Positions 22,197 to 31,284 of a stretch of DNA of 64,000 nt are shown here, one piece after another. The notes beneath the pieces were generated by a model, which was given only the letters and a program-made list of their open reading frames with translations, made no database searches and was not told the origin of the DNA. Origin of the DNA: a virus; the IMG/VR virus record IMGVR_UViG_3300042429_001107; one strand, written 5' to 3'. Every line of letters begins with the position of its first letter. The stretch's first letter is position 1. The translations under genes were made by a program, and so were the position numbers.

Positions 22197-24230
22197 ATGT
22201 CTGGAATAAAATATTTAGCCGATATCTACGAAAAAAAAGGAAAGGATTTTATAGAAAAACTTTTCAGCCAGGAACTTAGTGTTACTGAGAATCTTGATGG
22301 ATCATCTTTTTCTTTCGAAAAAGATTTTACTGGTGACAATATTTCTTTTTATAAAAAAGATCAGGAAAATCCTATAACTAAAGTTGATAGGATATTAATG
22401 AGATACTACGATAAGCCTATAAATTATATAGATTCCCTTCCGGAGTCAGTAAAAGCTGAGATACCAAAAGGATGGAGATTTGGTATGGCTTATTTTCCTA
22501 ATACAAAGCCAGTAAGAATTGAATATGAAAGACTTCCAAAAAATCATTTAATTCTAACACATATTCTTGTAAGGGACGAATTTGGCGAAACCACAAGAAC
22601 TATACAGGAGAAAGACGAACTAGATGAATGGGCAGATAAGCTCGGAGTAGAAAAAGCACCTATTATTTTCCAAGGAAAATTAAACGACGATCAGAAAATG
22701 TCTATTATGGATTTTTTATCAACTCCATTAATGGATTTAAAAACACGTTTCAAGACTGAAAGTTTTTCTAAGTATCTAATATCTTTATTAAATCCAGAAA
22801 TAATTAAGACCACTTTAGGTAAGGATTTACAAGGAGAGATAGACTCCTTGGTTTTTAGATTCGAGGAAGATGGTAAGGAAGATGTTGTTTTAGCTAAAAT
22901 GGTTGATCCAGTTTTTTATGAAATAACAAGAGATAGAAAAGTTACAAGGTCTTCTTACTTCCCTAGCGACATTTATTCTCTTTGTCTAATAGATATTATG
23001 AATTTCATATTAGAAAGAGGTGTAGAGAGCTTTAGCGCAGAAGGAACTGAGCCTGAGGAGAGGTATATTAATTTTGTATTCTCCGTTTTTAAAACTTTTT
23101 CGTACGAAGAGGGAGAAAGATATATTGGTGCAGACTTTGATAAACCTGAGTATCTTAAATCTGAAAACTTTGACATTAATAAGGAACTAATAGTCGATAA
23201 AGATGTTGTTGAGTATTTAGATAAAGATGAAGTTTATTGTGATATCCTCCAAATGGTATTAAATTCATTTAGAAAATTCAAAAGAAAACCTCATGGGTTT
23301 TTCACTGAGGGTCTAATAGAACAATTCAATCTTCTTGTTGAAGAGATAGCTGATTATATAAATGCTAAAAGAAAAGATAGGATAGAAGAATCTTTAGGAG
23401 TTCCCACATTTGTTTGGTTTAAAAAAACAGGAAGTAGATTTAAAATCACTGACGATGAATCTTTAGAAGATGAAATAGATTTAGATTCTATTATAGAAAA
23501 TACAGTATTTAATGAGTCTGATCTATTATCCGAATCATTAAATGATATCAATGAAAAAGATGACGAATCTATTGAAGAATTAAAAAAATCCGAAGATGAC
23601 GCATCTGAGTTCTTTTCATTTAAAGATTTTAAAAAAGTGGTATCAACTCATAAAGAGAAAAAGAAAACAAAAATATTAAATGAGGAAAACCAAAAAGTTA
23701 ATTTAATAATTGGTAAATTCCAGCCATTTAATAACGGACACCTTAAAATGTGTACAAGACTTAAAAAAGAAAATGACCTCCCCGTTTTTCTTTGTGTAGT
23801 TCATCCAGGAGGAGAAACTTCATCTAAAAAATACCCTTTTTCCGAAGAGGCTATTAAGAAGTCTATAGGATCTTTAACAGCAGAAAATGATAAATTATTT
23901 GCTGGTTATAAAATAGTTCCTACTGATCTTTTAGAAGATGCTATTAAATCTATTGCAGAGAATGTAAATCCTATATCAGTTTGTATAGGAGAGAAAGACT
24001 TCGAGAATATGGTTTTACAAAGAGACTGGGTTAGAAATAAATACGATCTTAATGGAAATGATATTGAAATATTTAAAACTCCATATTGGTCTAATAATGA
24101 AGAGATAAGATCGTATATACAAAATACAGATTTCCAGAAATTCAAAAATAAAGTACCTAAATCTATTGCTGTTCTTTTTAATGAGTTTGTAAAGGAAATT
24201 CAAGAATCTTCTAATGAAGATAATATATAA
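22197..24230 (+). CDS. RNA-ligase-like (ATP-grasp nucleotidyltransferase) domain fused to a C-terminal HIGH-type cytidylyltransferase-like domain
   Basis: VTENLDGSSFSF (motif I-like), LGVEKAPIIFQG, LAKMVDP; C-terminal IIGKFQPFNNGH and PFSEE. Confidence 0.6.
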   Translation: MSGIKYLADIYEKKGKDFIEKLFSQELSVTENLDGSSFSFEKDFTGDNISFYKKDQENPITKVDRILMRYYDKPINYIDSLPESVKAEIPKGWRFGMAYFPNTKPVRIEYERLPKNHLILTHILVRDEFGETTRTIQEKDELDEWADKLGVEKAPIIFQGKLNDDQKMSIMDFLSTPLMDLKTRFKTESFSKYLISLLNPEIIKTTLGKDLQGEIDSLVFRFEEDGKEDVVLAKMVDPVFYEITRDRKVTRSSYFPSDIYSLCLIDIMNFILERGVESFSAEGTEPEERYINFVFSVFKTFSYEEGERYIGADFDKPEYLKSENFDINKELIVDKDVVEYLDKDEVYCDILQMVLNSFRKFKRKPHGFFTEGLIEQFNLLVEEIADYINAKRKDRIEESLGVPTFVWFKKTGSRFKITDDESLEDEIDLDSIIENTVFNESDLLSESLNDINEKDDESIEELKKSEDDASEFFSFKDFKKVVSTHKEKKKTKILNEENQKVNLIIGKFQPFNNGHLKMCTRLKKENDLPVFLCVVHPGGETSSKKYPFSEEAIKKSIGSLTAENDKLFAGYKIVPTDLLEDAIKSIAENVNPISVCIGEKDFENMVLQRDWVRNKYDLNGNDIEIFKTPYWSNNEEIRSYIQNTDFQKFKNKVPKSIAVLFNEFVKEIQESSNEDNI

Positions 24231-24239
24231 TTAAAAAAA

Positions 24240-25076
24240 ATGAAGAAGATATTAAGCTTTAAAGATTTTTCACTATACGAATATCAAAAATTTGACAACT
24301 CACTATACAATAAAATTAACGAAGCTACATTTACGGACGAGGTGGAGAAAAGAAAATATGATCCGGTAGCTTTCAAAAAAATGAGGGCTGCAGTTTTCTT
24401 TCTAAACGCACAATATCCTTTCTTTGGAGGTCTTTTGTCTAGATTAATCATTAGAGAAAATAGAGGTATAAAAACAATGTGTACTGATGGAGTAAGTATT
24501 CACTACAGCCCAGGATTTGTACATGAACATACTGATGATGAAATAATGTGGGTAATAGCCCATGAGGTTTTACATTGTGCTTTATTACATTTCCTAAGAA
24601 TGCCAGGAAAGGATTCTAAAACAGTAAGTATATGGAATTATGCTACAGATTATGCTTTAAATCAGATGCTTACACCAGTCGATGAATCAAATCCAGGTAA
24701 TCCTAAGCCTAGCGAAAAGAGAGGAGACTCTATAGGTAAAATGCCAAAGGGAGCATTATATCCTGGATGTGGAAGAGTTTCTTACGATAAAGAATTTGTT
24801 GGATTATCTGCTGATAGCATTTATGGTATTTTAATTAAAAATGGATTTCAACCAGATCCGGAAGATTCGCAAGCTGTTAATCCTCCACCACCTCCACCAC
24901 CACCAGCTCCTCCACAGATACCTGTAGTCGGAGATATTATATTCGACCCAGCTAGTGGTAACTACGGTGTGGTAAATAGCGTAGATGAAGATAATGATTC
25001 AGTGGATTATGATCCTATACCAAAATCTAAGGTTCCTGAATATATTAGAAAAAAATACGAGCAAGACAATTTATAA
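24240..25076 (+). CDS. Putative zincin metallopeptidase (DUF2201_N-like), module 1
   Basis: PFFGGLL, TMCTDG, AHEVLHC (HExxH), WNYATDYALN; poly-Pro linker; C-terminal KOW-like segment. Confidence 0.8.
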   Translation: MKKILSFKDFSLYEYQKFDNSLYNKINEATFTDEVEKRKYDPVAFKKMRAAVFFLNAQYPFFGGLLSRLIIRENRGIKTMCTDGVSIHYSPGFVHEHTDDEIMWVIAHEVLHCALLHFLRMPGKDSKTVSIWNYATDYALNQMLTPVDESNPGNPKPSEKRGDSIGKMPKGALYPGCGRVSYDKEFVGLSADSIYGILIKNGFQPDPEDSQAVNPPPPPPPPAPPQIPVVGDIIFDPASGNYGVVNSVDEDNDSVDYDPIPKSKVPEYIRKKYEQDNL

Positions 25077-25085
25077 AATCGTAAT

Positions 25086-26069
25086 ATGAAAACAACAATA
25101 ACCGGAATAAGAATCCAAGAAATGGATCCACCTGCAGGAACGGGAGGAACAGGACCAACTCCGCCACCACCACCTATTGGAGATCCTGAAAACGTTGATA
25201 AATGGAAAGAAGATGAGGATGAGAAAAAAAGGGATCAAGATGGAAAACCAGAAGAAGAAGATGATGAGGATACTTTCGAAAGAGGCTTAACTGGAGGTGG
25301 AGGAACTTCTAATGTTGGGGGAGTATTACCAACAGGATCTCTAGGAGATCTTGGTGGAGATTCTGGATTAAATGGTGAAACATTAGGAGAAGAATGGGAG
25401 ACATCATTAAAAAGATCAGAAAATGCTGGAAACGTACCTGCTTCTGTTAAAAGAGCATTAGATAAATTAAAAAGACCTGTTATTGATTGGAAATCTGAAC
25501 TTGAGAAATATATTGATGATGCAGTATCAAAAACTAAATATAAATTACCTGCTAGAAGATTTATTGGAGGCGGTGATGCTCAATACGGATATAAAAGATA
25601 TAAAGAGGACTTTGAGAACTTAGTGATTGCTATAGACACATCAGGATCTATAACTAGACCTATGATTGAGCAATTTCTTTCAGAGACAATGAAAATTACA
25701 GAGGATTACGCTCCACAAAAAACAGTAATACTTTATTGTGATACCCAAGTTTATGCCCCAGATATTTTAGAACCAGGAGATACTCCAGATTTTAATAAGA
25801 TTGCTGGAGGTGGGGGAACTAATTTTTGGCCTCCTTTTAAATGGGTGGAAAAAAACATACTTGACGTGGGTGAAACCCCAACGGTATTTATATACTTCAC
25901 TGATGGATTTGCAGAATTTCCTAAATCATCCGAATACGGAATAGATGGTTATGATGATAGATGTATTTGGGTATTCTTATCTTTTAATGGAGAGCCTTTT
26001 GGAAACGATCAACCTTTTGGTGAAAGAATAGATATCACACTGGCAAATAAAGAAGTGGAAACTATATAA
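25086..26069 (+). CDS. vWA domain protein (DUF2201-like), module 1
   Basis: IDWKSEL, IDTSGS MIDAS, GGGGTNF, FTDG. Confidence 0.85.
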   Translation: MKTTITGIRIQEMDPPAGTGGTGPTPPPPPIGDPENVDKWKEDEDEKKRDQDGKPEEEDDEDTFERGLTGGGGTSNVGGVLPTGSLGDLGGDSGLNGETLGEEWETSLKRSENAGNVPASVKRALDKLKRPVIDWKSELEKYIDDAVSKTKYKLPARRFIGGGDAQYGYKRYKEDFENLVIAIDTSGSITRPMIEQFLSETMKITEDYAPQKTVILYCDTQVYAPDILEPGDTPDFNKIAGGGGTNFWPPFKWVEKNILDVGETPTVFIYFTDGFAEFPKSSEYGIDGYDDRCIWVFLSFNGEPFGNDQPFGERIDITLANKEVETI

Positions 26070-26107
26070 AAATAGATATATAAGAAATAAAATAAGAAAT
26101 ATTAAGG

Positions 26108-27697
26108 ATGAAAAAAATCTATAACTTTAAAGAATTCGTAAATGAATCTTACAATGTAGACGAAGGGGTATTATCTAATATCGGTAGCAAGATTTCACAA
26201 TGGGCTAAACAGCTTATGACCGCAGTAAGAAATGGCATTATTAGAATGATCTCATCTGGTCCTAAAAAGGGATTACCTGCTTATGTGTTATTTAATTCAG
26301 ATGAAGGATCTATCTCAGATCAAGTTGAAAAATTCTATCGCGGAACACCTTATTATGATATGAACAATATCAATAATCCTTCCGTAGCAAACGAGGCAGT
26401 GATTCCTTTGGAATGGGATAGAGAGGATGATGTACCTAATTCACTTCCCGAAGAAATAGAATCAGATATTAGAAGAAGTCTTAAAGCTTGTTTATCCATT
26501 GCAGATCAAATGGATGCCACAACTGATATGGACGAAAAAGCAAGATTACAAAGGGAATTAAGAAAAGTTAAACCATATTTTATTTATGGAGCACCTGGTA
26601 TTGGTAAAACACAAATCATAGCTAAAATATGCGATGAGCTTGGGTTAAACCTATTGAATTGCGATGGATTAAGTGCAGAACCAGTAGACTTTGCTGGTGT
26701 ACCTAAAGTGGTAGATATTGAAGCTCCATCAGCAGAAAATCCATTAGGTAGGGGGGTTACAAGATCTAACGTAAGTGCGGATATTTTACCATATGATAAC
26801 GGAAAAGGTGGAAAAGGGGGTATCTTATTTATTGATGAATTCAACCGTATGCCTGTTGAAGTACAAAAGATATTCTTATTATTAGCTCAGCAAAGAAGAC
26901 TTGGTGTTAATTATGACATGCCTAATAGATGGTATATCGTAGCAGCAGGAAATAGAAAAGTTGATGACCCTAAGGGTGGTATTGTTGAAATGGGATCTGC
27001 ATTACAGGATAGATTTGAGATTGTCAATCTTATTACTAATCCAGCATCAATGAGAAAATATGTAGAGACTACTCCTGGATTATCTGATATATTCCTACCA
27101 GAACTTCTTGATTTCTTAGATTTTGATGCTAGTTGGTTCCACATGAATGATCCAACTGCTAAGAAATTAAAATACCCTACTCCTAGAGCTTGGGAAGATG
27201 CTTCTAGAGCAGTTAGAAGGGTTCTTCAAGAGTATGAACAAAAAGGAATATCAGAAGTGCCTCATAGCGTATTAGCAAGAGAATTTCAGAAGAACGTAGG
27301 TAGAGATGCTGCTGTAATGTTCTTAGATTTCTATAAGATAGCTCAGCAGATCCCAGTTAAAGAATTATCGCTTCCTTTTACTGATCCTGATAGAGCTCCT
27401 ATTCCTAGTGAATACCAAGGAAAAACTAAAAAATCAGGTACTACTAATAGAACTGATTATGAGCACGCTTTATTCACTGCTGTAATTAGAAAAAGCACGG
27501 AATTACCAAAATTAACAAGCACTGAGTCTTGTAACTTTTCAAAATGGTTAAGAAGAGTTAATGCACCAGAGATGGGAGCAATGGCAATCACATCATTCTT
27601 CCAAAAACATCCTCATTTATTAGAAGATTATGCAACTATGGAATGTTTAGGACCATTAGCTGATCAATGGGGAGCAGAAATTGGAGTTCAATTTTAA
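26108..27697 (+). CDS. MoxR-like AAA+ ATPase, module 1
   Basis: GAPGIGKT, ILFIDEFNR, AAGNR, LQDRF, PTPRAW; GATATATA at 26075-26082. Confidence 0.85.
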   Translation: MKKIYNFKEFVNESYNVDEGVLSNIGSKISQWAKQLMTAVRNGIIRMISSGPKKGLPAYVLFNSDEGSISDQVEKFYRGTPYYDMNNINNPSVANEAVIPLEWDREDDVPNSLPEEIESDIRRSLKACLSIADQMDATTDMDEKARLQRELRKVKPYFIYGAPGIGKTQIIAKICDELGLNLLNCDGLSAEPVDFAGVPKVVDIEAPSAENPLGRGVTRSNVSADILPYDNGKGGKGGILFIDEFNRMPVEVQKIFLLLAQQRRLGVNYDMPNRWYIVAAGNRKVDDPKGGIVEMGSALQDRFEIVNLITNPASMRKYVETTPGLSDIFLPELLDFLDFDASWFHMNDPTAKKLKYPTPRAWEDASRAVRRVLQEYEQKGISEVPHSVLAREFQKNVGRDAAVMFLDFYKIAQQIPVKELSLPFTDPDRAPIPSEYQGKTKKSGTTNRTDYEHALFTAVIRKSTELPKLTSTESCNFSKWLRRVNAPEMGAMAITSFFQKHPHLLEDYATMECLGPLADQWGAEIGVQF

Positions 27698-27700
27698 TAG

Positions 27701-27973
27701 ATGAAAAAATTCAGTGAAATAATGGAAGGTCATACATCAAAGTATGACCTTTCTAATAGTAAGAGATTATTAGAAGAAGCCATGGAAAAAATAAACATGG
27801 TTAGAGAGGAGTTTTCTAAATTAGAAGATGCTGATGTGACTGAGTTAGAAGAGGGATGGAATCTAATAGATAGATACTACGGTAATTTAACCAAGGGACA
27901 AATATTCAAAAGAAGAAAGAAAGATCAATACATACCTAATACATCCGCTAAAATTCCGGAGAGAGGTTTTTAA
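27701..27973 (+). CDS. Small hypothetical protein
   Basis: MKKFSEIMEG start resembling the shared targeting motif. Confidence 0.5.
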   Translation: MKKFSEIMEGHTSKYDLSNSKRLLEEAMEKINMVREEFSKLEDADVTELEEGWNLIDRYYGNLTKGQIFKRRKKDQYIPNTSAKIPERGF

Positions 27974-27989
27974 TTAAGATATATAGAAT

Positions 27990-28523
27990 ATGAAACACAT
28001 TAAATTATTTGAAAATTTCTTAAATGAAGATGGATACGGAAGAGACTTCTTTGTAAAAAAGAAAGACGGTAAACTTTCTCAATATTTTTTTAAGATTGAG
28101 GGAGAAGAGGAGGATCTAGGATTTGTAATAAATCTTGGTAAACTATCTAGAAATATCACCATAGAATCTGCAGAGAATAGTTATGCTGTTCTTTCCGTAG
28201 AGCCTATCAGAGAATCTGTGATGGATGATTTTTTAGTGAAAGATTCGGATTTTAAATCAAGAGAAGATGATCAATTCACATTGACTAAATCTGAATATAT
28301 GAGATTCTATAAGATTGTTGGTGAATGTATAAAAGATTACTTACAATCTAATCCTAAGGTTTCTATTATTTATGATGAGGTACCTTTAAATCTTGATATG
28401 GATTTTGAAGAGTATTCAGATAAAGTTAAATCTCTTATGGATGAATGGAGCTACGGTAAATGGAGCTCACAAGAGGGAGCAACAAAGAAAACATTAATTT
28501 ATTCTAGAAGAGACCATGATTAA
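27990..28523 (+). CDS. Hypothetical protein with capsid-targeting-like N-terminus
   Basis: MKHIKLFENFLNED; GATATATA at 27978-27985. Confidence 0.55.
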   Translation: MKHIKLFENFLNEDGYGRDFFVKKKDGKLSQYFFKIEGEEEDLGFVINLGKLSRNITIESAENSYAVLSVEPIRESVMDDFLVKDSDFKSREDDQFTLTKSEYMRFYKIVGECIKDYLQSNPKVSIIYDEVPLNLDMDFEEYSDKVKSLMDEWSYGKWSSQEGATKKTLIYSRRDHD

Positions 28524-28833
28524 TAATATTCTTTCATATGATGAATTTATATTAGAATCTAGGATACCTATAGCTTGGGCTAAGCCTTCAGTAACAACTA
28601 CTAAGGTACTTTCATTCATAGGAGAGAAAGAAAAAGTAACCAAGAAAGAACTATTAGAATTCTTAGATAGTATACCAGAAGATGCTTCAGGTAAGAAACC
28701 CAGTATGTCTTGGGTTAGAAATCAGAAGAAATATATCAAGTATAAAATACAAGAAGAAGATGCTAACCACTTTGAATTGACCGCTTTAGGCAAGAGAGTT
28801 TTAAAATCTTTCAGGATTAATGAAACAAAATGA
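28516..28833 (+). CDS. Small protein, possible winged helix, with targeting-like N-terminus
   Basis: MINNILSYDEFILES; C-terminal FELTALGKRVL wing-like motif. Confidence 0.45.
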   Translation: MINNILSYDEFILESRIPIAWAKPSVTTTKVLSFIGEKEKVTKKELLEFLDSIPEDASGKKPSMSWVRNQKKYIKYKIQEEDANHFELTALGKRVLKSFRINETK

Positions 28834-28850
28834 AATAATTAGGATACAAT
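28822..28850 (+). promoter_or_regulatory. Middle-type promoter GAAAC-N18-TACAAT
   Basis: Same spacing as the other copies; upstream of the Hc1-like gene. Confidence 0.6.
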
Positions 28851-28867
28851 TATTAAAATAAACAATT

Positions 28868-29047
28868 ATGGAAAATTACGAAAAAATTAAAGAATTAGTA
28901 GAAAGCATGCAAAAAGACATGGAAGCTTTCTATGTAAAAGGTAACAAATCAGCAGGAACACGAGTTCGTACTGCTTGCCAAGACCTTAAAAAATTGGCTC
29001 AAGATCTAAGAGTAAATGTACAAGAAACTAAGAACACTAAAGCTTAA
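28868..29047 (+). CDS. Histone H1-like protein Hc1 family, 59 aa (not in ORF track)
   Basis: Translated by hand: MENYEKIKELVESMQKDMEAFYVKGNKSAGTRVRTACQDLKKLAQDLRVNVQETKNTKA; F..KGNKSAGTR.R signature. Confidence 0.8.
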   Translation: MENYEKIKELVESMQKDMEAFYVKGNKSAGTRVRTACQDLKKLAQDLRVNVQETKNTKA

Positions 29048-29052
29048 TTAAA

Positions 29053-29283
29053 ATGGGATACTACATTTGTAAAGTTAGCTTTTTTAGTGGGGAAGTTTCT
29101 AAAAGTACAGGAAAAGCGAAAGCTTCTAGGTCTGAAATTTTAGTCGAAGCAGAAACAGTAACACATGCCGAAACTAGACTTCATGAACATTTAGCTGGAG
29201 ACAATTCTACTGCTCATTTAGACTTTGAAGTTACTTCTGTTGCTCAATCTAAGATTGAGTCAGTGGTACATCTTAAAGGCTAA
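29053..29283 (+). CDS. DUF4494-like protein
   Basis: YICKV...GKAK..SEILVEAETVTHAE...FEVTSVAQSKIESV pattern. Confidence 0.65.
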   Translation: MGYYICKVSFFSGEVSKSTGKAKASRSEILVEAETVTHAETRLHEHLAGDNSTAHLDFEVTSVAQSKIESVVHLKG

Positions 29284-29294
29284 AAAACACTTTT

Positions 29295-29331
29295 AACTCC
29301 TGATGGATATATAATCTATCAGGGGTTTTTT
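29295..29331 (+). terminator. Intrinsic terminator overlapping a late promoter motif
   Basis: 14-bp stem AACTCCTGATGGAT/ATCTATCAGGGGTT, loop ATATA, then T-run. Confidence 0.75.
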
Positions 29332-29355
29332 GTATCCTCTGGTTTCAATAATTAT

Positions 29356-29529
29356 ATGAAGAAGAGAAAAACTACATCAGCAGAAACTAGCTCATATCTA
29401 CCACCAGATTCACCAGTGAAGATACCGGTAGGAGATACGGGTTTTAATATGGTTAAGAAAAACTACAATAGGTTTATATGGACTTGGAATGAATATATAG
29501 ACAAGAAACCTAAAATTACAAAAAGTTAA
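29356..29529 (+). CDS. Small hypothetical protein, 57 aa (not in ORF track)
   Basis: MKKRKTTSAETSSYLPPDSPVKIPVGDTGFNMVKKNYNRFIWTWNEYIDKKPKITKS; fills the gap after GATATATA 29306. Confidence 0.55.
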   Translation: MKKRKTTSAETSSYLPPDSPVKIPVGDTGFNMVKKNYNRFIWTWNEYIDKKPKITKS

Positions 29530-29531
29530 TT

Positions 29532-29870
29532 ATGCCAGCAGTTTCTAAGACACAGCAAAGATTAATGGGACAGGCTTACGGAGTCAGAAAATTTATGGAT
29601 ACTAACGGTAAAGATGGTATTGATCCCGATAGTATAAAATCTGCTTATAGACAAACTATTGTTGAGCTAGCAAGTAATATGAAGAAGAAATCTTTAAAGG
29701 ATTTTGCTTCAACCAAACATAATAAATTACCAGAGGAAGTTGAAGAGGGAGAAATTCCTGCAATATATAATTATCTTAAACCTGAATCTAATAAACCAGG
29801 CAAAAAATCTAAATCTTCCAAGATGTCAAATCTTGCAGATTATAGAGAATTTATATCTAATAAAAAATAA
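29532..29870 (+). CDS. DUF3008-like small protein
   Basis: MPAVSKTQQRLMG...MKKKSLKDFASTKH..LPE pattern. Confidence 0.6.
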   Translation: MPAVSKTQQRLMGQAYGVRKFMDTNGKDGIDPDSIKSAYRQTIVELASNMKKKSLKDFASTKHNKLPEEVEEGEIPAIYNYLKPESNKPGKKSKSSKMSNLADYREFISNKK

Positions 29871-29873
29871 AAT

Positions 29874-30347
29874 ATGGAAGAAGTAAACGAAGATTGTGGA
29901 TGTGGTGGTACAACTGACAACATCAGAAGTTTTAATACTAATAGTACACCTAGATACTCTCAAGATCCTTTAGTTGGTAGAAGAGTTAGTCTAAGAGACG
30001 GTAGAAGTGGATTAGTTGATGATTCGATTAGAAACAATACAGGAGAAGTAATAGGATATGTAATTGAAGGCGATAGAGGTAACTACAGAGTCTTTAAAGA
30101 TAAAATAGTTGGTCCAATGGAAGAAAGTGGAGGTGCAATGGCATCTTTATCTAGTACACCAGGAATGGGAGATGTGATTCCCCCTGGACCAGGAAGAACA
30201 GGATCTGGTGATCAATTCCCTTCATTAACTGTGGGAACACCTGCAGCTGGAAAGAAAAAGAAAAAGAAAGATTCTAATAAGAATCCTCTTGATTCATCTG
30301 TGATGGATTATAAAAGCTTTCTTACTAATTCAAAAAAGAATCAATAA
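29874..30347 (+). CDS. Hypothetical protein with SH3/KOW-like segment
   Basis: VNEDCGCG start; LVGRRVSLRDGRSGLV...GYVIEGDRGNYRV. Confidence 0.5.
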   Translation: MEEVNEDCGCGGTTDNIRSFNTNSTPRYSQDPLVGRRVSLRDGRSGLVDDSIRNNTGEVIGYVIEGDRGNYRVFKDKIVGPMEESGGAMASLSSTPGMGDVIPPGPGRTGSGDQFPSLTVGTPAAGKKKKKKDSNKNPLDSSVMDYKSFLTNSKKNQ

Positions 30348-30348
30348 G

Positions 30349-30930
30349 ATGAATCATATACGATCATTTAGAAGTCTTTTTGAAGGAGTAAGTGCAGTAA
30401 CAACTAATTGGTATATTGTAGATAACGAAGCTTCTTTTGATAAGATAAAAGGTAATGGATATATGCTTTTTAGCCAGGTAGGCATAATGACTATCGTTTA
30501 TGTTAAACCTAAAGTAGAGGAAGAAGCTAGATTGGATTTTTATTTTGATAAAGCAAAATCACCAGATAAGAAAAGCATTTGTGTTTGTAAGATAATAGCT
30601 AATGACGGTAAAGTTAGGAGCTCTAAAAATTTTGATGATGTAACTACAGATAATGTTTGGGACATAACAGCTACGTTTTTTGATTATTGTGATTTAGAGA
30701 AGTCTGAAAAATCAATTAGAGATAAATTCATGATGGGATATTCTAAGACAATAAAGGATATCTTTAAAGGTGATACAGAAAGAATACCCGGATCATTTAA
30801 AACATATTTGAATTATATGAAAGAATGGGCAAAGAAATCTATAGAGGGTGTTTCTTTAGATAAGAATGAAGATAATTACGATTTCCGAGAGATGATTAAA
30901 GAATTTATTGCTTTCTTTAAAAAATCATAA
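30349..30930 (+). CDS. Hypothetical protein with targeting-like N-terminus
   Basis: MNHIRSFRSLFEG. Confidence 0.5.
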   Translation: MNHIRSFRSLFEGVSAVTTNWYIVDNEASFDKIKGNGYMLFSQVGIMTIVYVKPKVEEEARLDFYFDKAKSPDKKSICVCKIIANDGKVRSSKNFDDVTTDNVWDITATFFDYCDLEKSEKSIRDKFMMGYSKTIKDIFKGDTERIPGSFKTYLNYMKEWAKKSIEGVSLDKNEDNYDFREMIKEFIAFFKKS

Positions 30931-31230
30931 TTTTTCTTTCTGTCTCAATTGGATAAGATAATTTTCCCAGATTGATCCTCCTTCTTTTATACCAGGTTTA
31001 GCGCTCTTGTGTAACTTAGCTCTTTGTGACATTATATACGATGCTATAATAGCATCTTTTAATTCTATTTCTTTTTTATCCAACATTTCTTGTAATCTTC
31101 TTATTGATTTTAGAGCTTCGTCCCTATTTGCAAATCTTAATCCTTTAGGATAGCTTTGTCCTGAGTCGAAAGGTTTAATATCATTTAGATAAATCTGTTC
31201 GAATAATTTGAAGGTTAGAATTTTTTTCAC
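30925..31230 (-). CDS. Hypothetical protein with targeting-like N-terminus (reverse strand)
   Basis: GTG start, MKKILTFKLFEQ; reverse-strand AATATATA at 31235-31242. Confidence 0.6.
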   Translation of the reverse strand: MKKILTFKLFEQIYLNDIKPFDSGQSYPKGLRFANRDEALKSIRRLQEMLDKKEIELKDAIIASYIMSQRAKLHKSAKPGIKEGGSIWENYLIQLRQKEKL

Positions 31231-31249
31231 TTATTATATATTCTAAAAT

Positions 31250-31278
31250 GAAACCTCTTTCAATTATTATTATAAGAT
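31250..31278 (+). promoter_or_regulatory. Middle-type promoter GAAAC-N18-TAAGAT
   Basis: Recurrent motif upstream of the polymerase N-half. Confidence 0.6.
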
Positions 31279-31284
31279 AAGAGT

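Noticed and set aside
25074-25088. Readthrough fusing peptidase and vWA in module 1
   Set aside because: In frame, but the stop is TAA and the paralogous junction at 54684-54694 is out of frame, so separate genes are more likely
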